The notes below the pieces were generated by a model. The model searched no databases. It saw only the letters and a list, made by a program, of their open reading frames with translations, and was not told the DNA's origin. From Pirellulaceae bacterium (GTDB taxonomy: Bacteria > Planctomycetota > Planctomycetia > Pirellulales > Pirellulaceae): 64,000 bases of DNA. The translations under genes and the position numbers were made by a program. The stretch spans positions 153 through 64,152 of the forward strand of contig JBGCCZ010000134.1 of assembly GCA_045105035.1 (NCBI GenBank), given 5' to 3'. Of this stretch, positions 59,680-64,000 are shown in pieces. Position 1 is the stretch's first letter, and every line of letters begins with the position of its first letter.

Positions 59680-61044
59680 ATGGTGGAGCGGTTTGAAATC
59701 GGTCGAGGGCTGGAAGTCCCGATTGATGGTGAGCCTGTTCAGAGTGGAGCAGCGCCAGAGATCAAGGAAGTAGGGCAGGTCGGGATCGTAGCTGATGACT
59801 ACATCGGCATGCGACCGACTTTGCATGTTTCCGAAGGCGACTCGGTTCAGCTCGGGCAACCGTTGTTCACAGATAAGAAAACCGAAGGGGTTGTCTATAC
59901 GGCGCCAGCGTCCGGCAAGGTGCTTTCGGTCAATCGCGGTGAGAAGCGACGATTCTTGTCGATCATTATCGACAAGCAGGGCGATCAGGAGAGTCGCGAC
60001 TTTGGGCGCGTGGATCCAGGCCAGTTGTCATCGCTCGACCGTGCAGATGTGATTAACAAATTGGTGGAGTCGGGTCTTTGGTCGAGCTTTCGCTCCCGTC
60101 CGTTCTCCAAGGTGCCTTCGCCCGGGTCGGATGTACCACAGGCGATATTCGTAAATGCGATGGACACGAATCCGCTGGCTGGAAACCCGGTGGATTTCAT
60201 TGGCGACAACTCGGAGAGTTTTCAGCATGGCTTGGATGTACTGCTGCGTTTGACGGAAGGGGACGTGTTCGTCTGCCGACCGCCAAATTCAAGCACTCCT
60301 GGCGAAATGATCAACCGTGTGCGCATGGCGGAATTCGATGGGCCGCATCCAGCAGGTCTGGTTGGTACCCACATGCACTTTTTGAAGCCAGCCACGGCCG
60401 GCCGAATCAACTGGTACTTGAACTACCAGGATCTTGTTGCCATAGGCAAGTTGTTTGTGACTGGGCAACTCGATCCAACTCGCCGTGTTTCGTTGGCTGG
60501 TCCTGCCGTCAAGAACCCTAGAATGATTCAGACGCAGGTCGGGGCGTCTCTTGAAGAGTTGGTCGACGGGGAGCTTGCCGACGGGGAACATCGCGTGATA
60601 TCTGGCTCCGTCTTGTGCGGTCGCAAGTCTGAGGAGCTAGTTGGCTTCCTGGGGCGTTACCATTTGCAAGTCTCCTGTGTTGCGGAAGGACATGAGCGAG
60701 AGTTGCTGGGTTGGCAGATGCCTGGCTTTGACAAGTTTTCGATAACGAGGGCATTCGCTTCGGCTTGGCAGGGGACGAAGAAGTTTGCTTTGACGACTAG
60801 CACCGGTGGTAGTGAACGGGCCATGGTGCCTATCGGTACTTACGAGCGGGTTATGCCGCTCGACTTGATCCCCACGCCGCTACTGCGAGCATTGATTTCA
60901 CGGGATACCGCTGCCGCACAAGAGCTCGGGTGTCTTGAGCTGGATGAGGAGGATCTCGGCCTGTGTACTTTTGTTTGCCCAGGCAAGTATGAGTATGGCG
61001 GTATTCTACGAGACAACTTGCTGACGATTGAGAAAGAGGGGTAG
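59680..61044 (+). CDS. nqrA: Na+-translocating NADH:quinone reductase subunit A
   Basis: [49 protein letters not shown]. Confidence 0.96.
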   Translation: MVERFEIGRGLEVPIDGEPVQSGAAPEIKEVGQVGIVADDYIGMRPTLHVSEGDSVQLGQPLFTDKKTEGVVYTAPASGKVLSVNRGEKRRFLSIIIDKQGDQESRDFGRVDPGQLSSLDRADVINKLVESGLWSSFRSRPFSKVPSPGSDVPQAIFVNAMDTNPLAGNPVDFIGDNSESFQHGLDVLLRLTEGDVFVCRPPNSSTPGEMINRVRMAEFDGPHPAGLVGTHMHFLKPATAGRINWYLNYQDLVAIGKLFVTGQLDPTRRVSLAGPAVKNPRMIQTQVGASLEELVDGELADGEHRVISGSVLCGRKSEELVGFLGRYHLQVSCVAEGHERELLGWQMPGFDKFSITRAFASAWQGTKKFALTTSTGGSERAMVPIGTYERVMPLDLIPTPLLRALISRDTAAAQELGCLELDEEDLGLCTFVCPGKYEYGGILRDNLLTIEKEG

Positions 61045-61052
61045 GCGATACA

Positions 61053-62402
61053 ATGAAGTTTCTTCGCAATACGCTCGATAAGCTCCATCCGCTCTTCGAT
61101 AAAGGCGGCAAACTAGAGAAGCTATATCCGCTTTACGAGGCGGGCGACACGTTTCTCTATACGCCCGGAGAGGTGACAAAGGGCACAACGCACGTGCGTG
61201 ACGCTCTAGACCTGAAGCGGATGATGATCATGGTCGTCGTCGCTTTGGTCCCCTGCATTTTTATGGCGCTTTGGAATACTGGCTATCAGGCGAACCTGGC
61301 GATTGCTGCCATGGCTGAGGCTGGGTTGCAGCCCCACTTTGATTGGCATCATACGATTCATGCCGCTCTCGGGCTCGGGCATGATCCCGGAAGCTTTTTG
61401 GATAACTTGGTGTACGGGGCAACTTTCTTCTTGCCGGTCTATATCGTCTGCATGACTGCGGGGGGTATCTGCGAAGTGATCTTCAGTATCATTCGTGGGC
61501 ACGAAGTGAATGAAGGGTTCTTGGTCTCTGGCTTGCTCTTTCCGTTGACATTACCGCCAGGGATTCCACTCTGGCAAGTCGCCGTAGGGATCATGTTTGG
61601 TGTCGTCGTTGGCAAGGAAATCTTTGGAGGCACAGGCAGGAACTTTTTGAATCCTGCTCTGACTGCTCGGGCTTTCTTGTACTTCGCATACGCGGGGCAG
61701 ATCAGTGGTGATAAAGTTTGGACGGCTGCCCAGGTCGCTACAACGACGGTAGCGGATGGGGTTGAGAAGGTTGCAGTGGATGGTTATTCCGGAGCGACGG
61801 CGTTGGGGCAACTTGCTGCAACGACTCCCAATGTAATGGCCAATCAAGGCTACGGAAGTCCGATGGAGTCGTTGTCTACGATCGCAACTTCCGCGTCTGC
61901 GGCATCGGATCAAATCTCCGCCACTTCGATTTCATTTATGGGTTCGTTGCTTGGGACAATCCCTGGATCGATGGGAGAGACAAGTGTGCTCGCTTGCATC
62001 ATCGGAGCTGCGGTCCTGATCGCGACCGGTATCGGGTCCTGGCGGATCATGAGTGGTGTTTGCCTCGGTGCTTTGTTGTTTTCCTCATTGCTCTACATCG
62101 TTGGTAGTGAGACCAATCCGATGTTCGGTATTCCTCCTTGGTGGCATTTCGTGATCGGTGGATTCGCCTTTGGTACGGTGTTCATGGCGACGGATCCCGT
62201 CAGTGCGTCAATGACGGAGACGGGGAAATGGTTTTATGGAGCCTTGATCGGAGCGATGACCATCTTGATACGAGCGATCAATCCGGCCTTCCCGGAGGGG
62301 ATTATGTTGGCGATTCTTTTCGGCAATGTATTCGCGCCGCTCATCGACTATTTCGTAGTTCAAGCCAACGTGAAACGGAGGGCCGCTCGCTATGCCGCCT
62401 AA
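61053..62402 (+). CDS. nqrB: Na+-NQR subunit B
   Basis: [30 protein letters not shown] (FMN-Thr), [18 protein letters not shown]. Confidence 0.96.
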   Translation: MKFLRNTLDKLHPLFDKGGKLEKLYPLYEAGDTFLYTPGEVTKGTTHVRDALDLKRMMIMVVVALVPCIFMALWNTGYQANLAIAAMAEAGLQPHFDWHHTIHAALGLGHDPGSFLDNLVYGATFFLPVYIVCMTAGGICEVIFSIIRGHEVNEGFLVSGLLFPLTLPPGIPLWQVAVGIMFGVVVGKEIFGGTGRNFLNPALTARAFLYFAYAGQISGDKVWTAAQVATTTVADGVEKVAVDGYSGATALGQLAATTPNVMANQGYGSPMESLSTIATSASAASDQISATSISFMGSLLGTIPGSMGETSVLACIIGAAVLIATGIGSWRIMSGVCLGALLFSSLLYIVGSETNPMFGIPPWWHFVIGGFAFGTVFMATDPVSASMTETGKWFYGALIGAMTILIRAINPAFPEGIMLAILFGNVFAPLIDYFVVQANVKRRAARYAA

Positions 62403-63189
62403 AGACTCCATCGCGAACACTTTCATGGTTTCCTTGGTGCTCTGCGTCGTGTGCTCGCTTTTGGTGAGTAGTGCCGCGGTAGTGCTGAAGCCCATGCAGG
62501 AACGCAATAAGGTCTTAGACCGCCAGAAGAATATTATTGCCGCTGCCGGGCTGTCCGAAGAACCGGCTGCCCTTTCGGGTTCCGAAATCGAAGAGATTTT
62601 CTCCTCTCGGGTCGAGCCGAAAATAGTCAACTTAGAGACAGGCGAAACGGAGGAAGATGATCCGACGTTTGATCCTCGCAAAGCGGCTAAGGATCCTGAG
62701 CGAAGCGTAGAAGTCGAAGGTTCACTTGATATCGGTCAAGCTCGTCGTGAGAAGCGAACCCGGGTCTTCTTGGTTAAAAATGATGGCGGCGAGCTAGAGC
62801 AGGTCGTCCTTCCTGTCTACGGAATGGGGCTCTGGTCGACACTCTATGGATACGTGGCAGTCGATAAGGATCTCGAGACGATTAAGGGGCTGACCTACTA
62901 CGAACATGCGGAAACGCCCGGCTTGGGCGGTGAAGTTGAGAATCCTGCGTGGAAAGAGAAGTGGATTGGCAAAAAGATCTTTAACGATGGGGTCGATGTT
63001 GCTTCGGCCTCTCTTGAGGACATTAGAGTTGGAGTTGCCAAGGGCGCTCCCACTGCTGAGAACCTTCCGTATCAGGTCGATGGTTTGTCCGGAGCCACGA
63101 TCACGAGTCGTGGTGTCGATACCATGTTGAAGTATTGGTTCAGCGATGAAGGTTTTGGCCCGTATCTCAAGAATCTGGCCGATCAGTAA
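62392..63189 (+). CDS. nqrC: Na+-NQR subunit C
   Basis: N-terminal [30 protein letters not shown] (FMN-Thr). Confidence 0.96.
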   Translation: MPPKDSIANTFMVSLVLCVVCSLLVSSAAVVLKPMQERNKVLDRQKNIIAAAGLSEEPAALSGSEIEEIFSSRVEPKIVNLETGETEEDDPTFDPRKAAKDPERSVEVEGSLDIGQARREKRTRVFLVKNDGGELEQVVLPVYGMGLWSTLYGYVAVDKDLETIKGLTYYEHAETPGLGGEVENPAWKEKWIGKKIFNDGVDVASASLEDIRVGVAKGAPTAENLPYQVDGLSGATITSRGVDTMLKYWFSDEGFGPYLKNLADQ

Positions 63190-63207
63190 GGCTTAAGGGA
63201 GCTAAAG

Positions 63208-63873
63208 ATGGCAGCGCCGACTGCAAAAGAAGTATTGCTGAAGCCAATCTTCGATAACAATCCGATTGGCCTTCAGATTTTGGGAATCTGCTCGGCGCTA
63301 GCCGTGACGACCCAGATGTCGACCTCGCTGGTGATGAGCGTTGCGGTGATCGCCGTATGCGGCTGTGCGAGTGCATCTGTTTCGTTGATCCGACACCGGA
63401 TTCCAAGCAGTATTCGAATCATCGTTCAGATGGTCGTGATCGCCTCGCTGGTGATTTTGGTGGATCAGATCTTGAAGGCGTTTCTGTTTGACATTAGCAA
63501 GCGATTGAGCGTCTTTGTTGGATTGATCATCACCAACTGTATCATCATGGGAAGGTTAGAGGCGTTTGCCTTAGCAAACAAACCAGGACCGTCTATTTTG
63601 GATGCCATTGGAAATGGTATTGGATACGCCTGGATTCTATTGGCTGTAGCCTTTGTAAGAGAGATCTTTGGTTCTGGAGCAATTTCATTGCCTGGAATGG
63701 GCCAAGTAAAATTTATCCCAGCTTCATGGTTCTATCATGCAGGAGCAGGAGGAATGGAAGGATTTTATGAGAACAACAACTTAATGATTTTGCCTCCTAT
63801 GGCCCTGATCGTTGTTGGAGTGATCATTTGGATCCAAAGAAGTAAGAACACAGCATTAATTGAAGAGAATTAA
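63208..63873 (+). CDS. nqrD: Na+-NQR subunit D (apparently chimeric)
   Basis: [18 protein letters not shown] and [16 protein letters not shown]. The 3' half has a different base composition. Confidence 0.93.
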   Translation: MAAPTAKEVLLKPIFDNNPIGLQILGICSALAVTTQMSTSLVMSVAVIAVCGCASASVSLIRHRIPSSIRIIVQMVVIASLVILVDQILKAFLFDISKRLSVFVGLIITNCIIMGRLEAFALANKPGPSILDAIGNGIGYAWILLAVAFVREIFGSGAISLPGMGQVKFIPASWFYHAGAGGMEGFYENNNLMILPPMALIVVGVIIWIQRSKNTALIEEN

Positions 63874-63878
63874 TTGTC

Positions 63879-64000
63879 ATGGAGCACATTAGCATATTTG
63901 TAAAAGGAATTTTTGTTGAGAACATGATATTTGCCTACTTCTTAGGCATGTGTTCTTACCTAGCTGTTTCAAAAACAGTTAAAACTGCATTCGGATTAGG
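63879..64000 (+). CDS. nqrE: Na+-NQR subunit E, 5' part (runs off the window)
   Basis: Manual translation from ATG 63879 gives [41 protein letters not shown]. Confidence 0.92.
   Translation, partial: MEHISIFVKGIFVENMIFAYFLGMCSYLAVSKTVKTAFGL

Noticed and set aside
1-64000. CRISPR arrays, IS elements, integrases, prophage, rRNA or tRNA genes
   Set aside because: No regularly spaced repeats, transposase/integrase/phage motifs or structural RNA signatures were seen by eye. tRNAscan-SE and Infernal scans would be needed to exclude small RNAs.

Overview
This is a gene-dense (~56 CDS) core-genome window from a planctomycete, most likely a marine Pirellulaceae member. The assignment rests on a DUF1501 plus DUF1549/DUF1553-cytochrome c pair, several planctomycete-type hypothetical proteins, a PQQ-like propeller, a sulfatase and a Na+-NQR operon. 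Recognisable genes include pcrA/uvrD, lexA, an NtrC-family two-component pair, an lptF/G permease, mlaEFD, trmD, cysS-ruvC-ruvA, a citG-like gene, an oleB-like gene, a DnaJ-class chaperone, rnpA, an ECF sigma factor, htrA, a class III cyclase, cytosine deaminase and nqrABCD plus the start of nqrE. I found no rRNA, tRNA, CRISPR array or mobile element. The most notable observations are: (1) an abrupt switch inside nqrD (~63,510-63,550) to AT-rich, Bacteroidota-like sequence, suggesting a chimeric contig or recombination; (2) a perfect Rex operator upstream of nqrA; (3) an FHA-cyclase with guanylate-cyclase-like specificity residues, directly upstream of a cytosine deaminase; (4) a LexA with an intact DNA-binding domain but no cleavage site or catalytic Lys; (5) a stand-alone RNAP alpha-CTD protein divergent from pcrA; (6) a long structured leader with a small ORF upstream of an orphan ECF sigma factor. 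All family calls come from motifs recognised by eye; no database searches were run.
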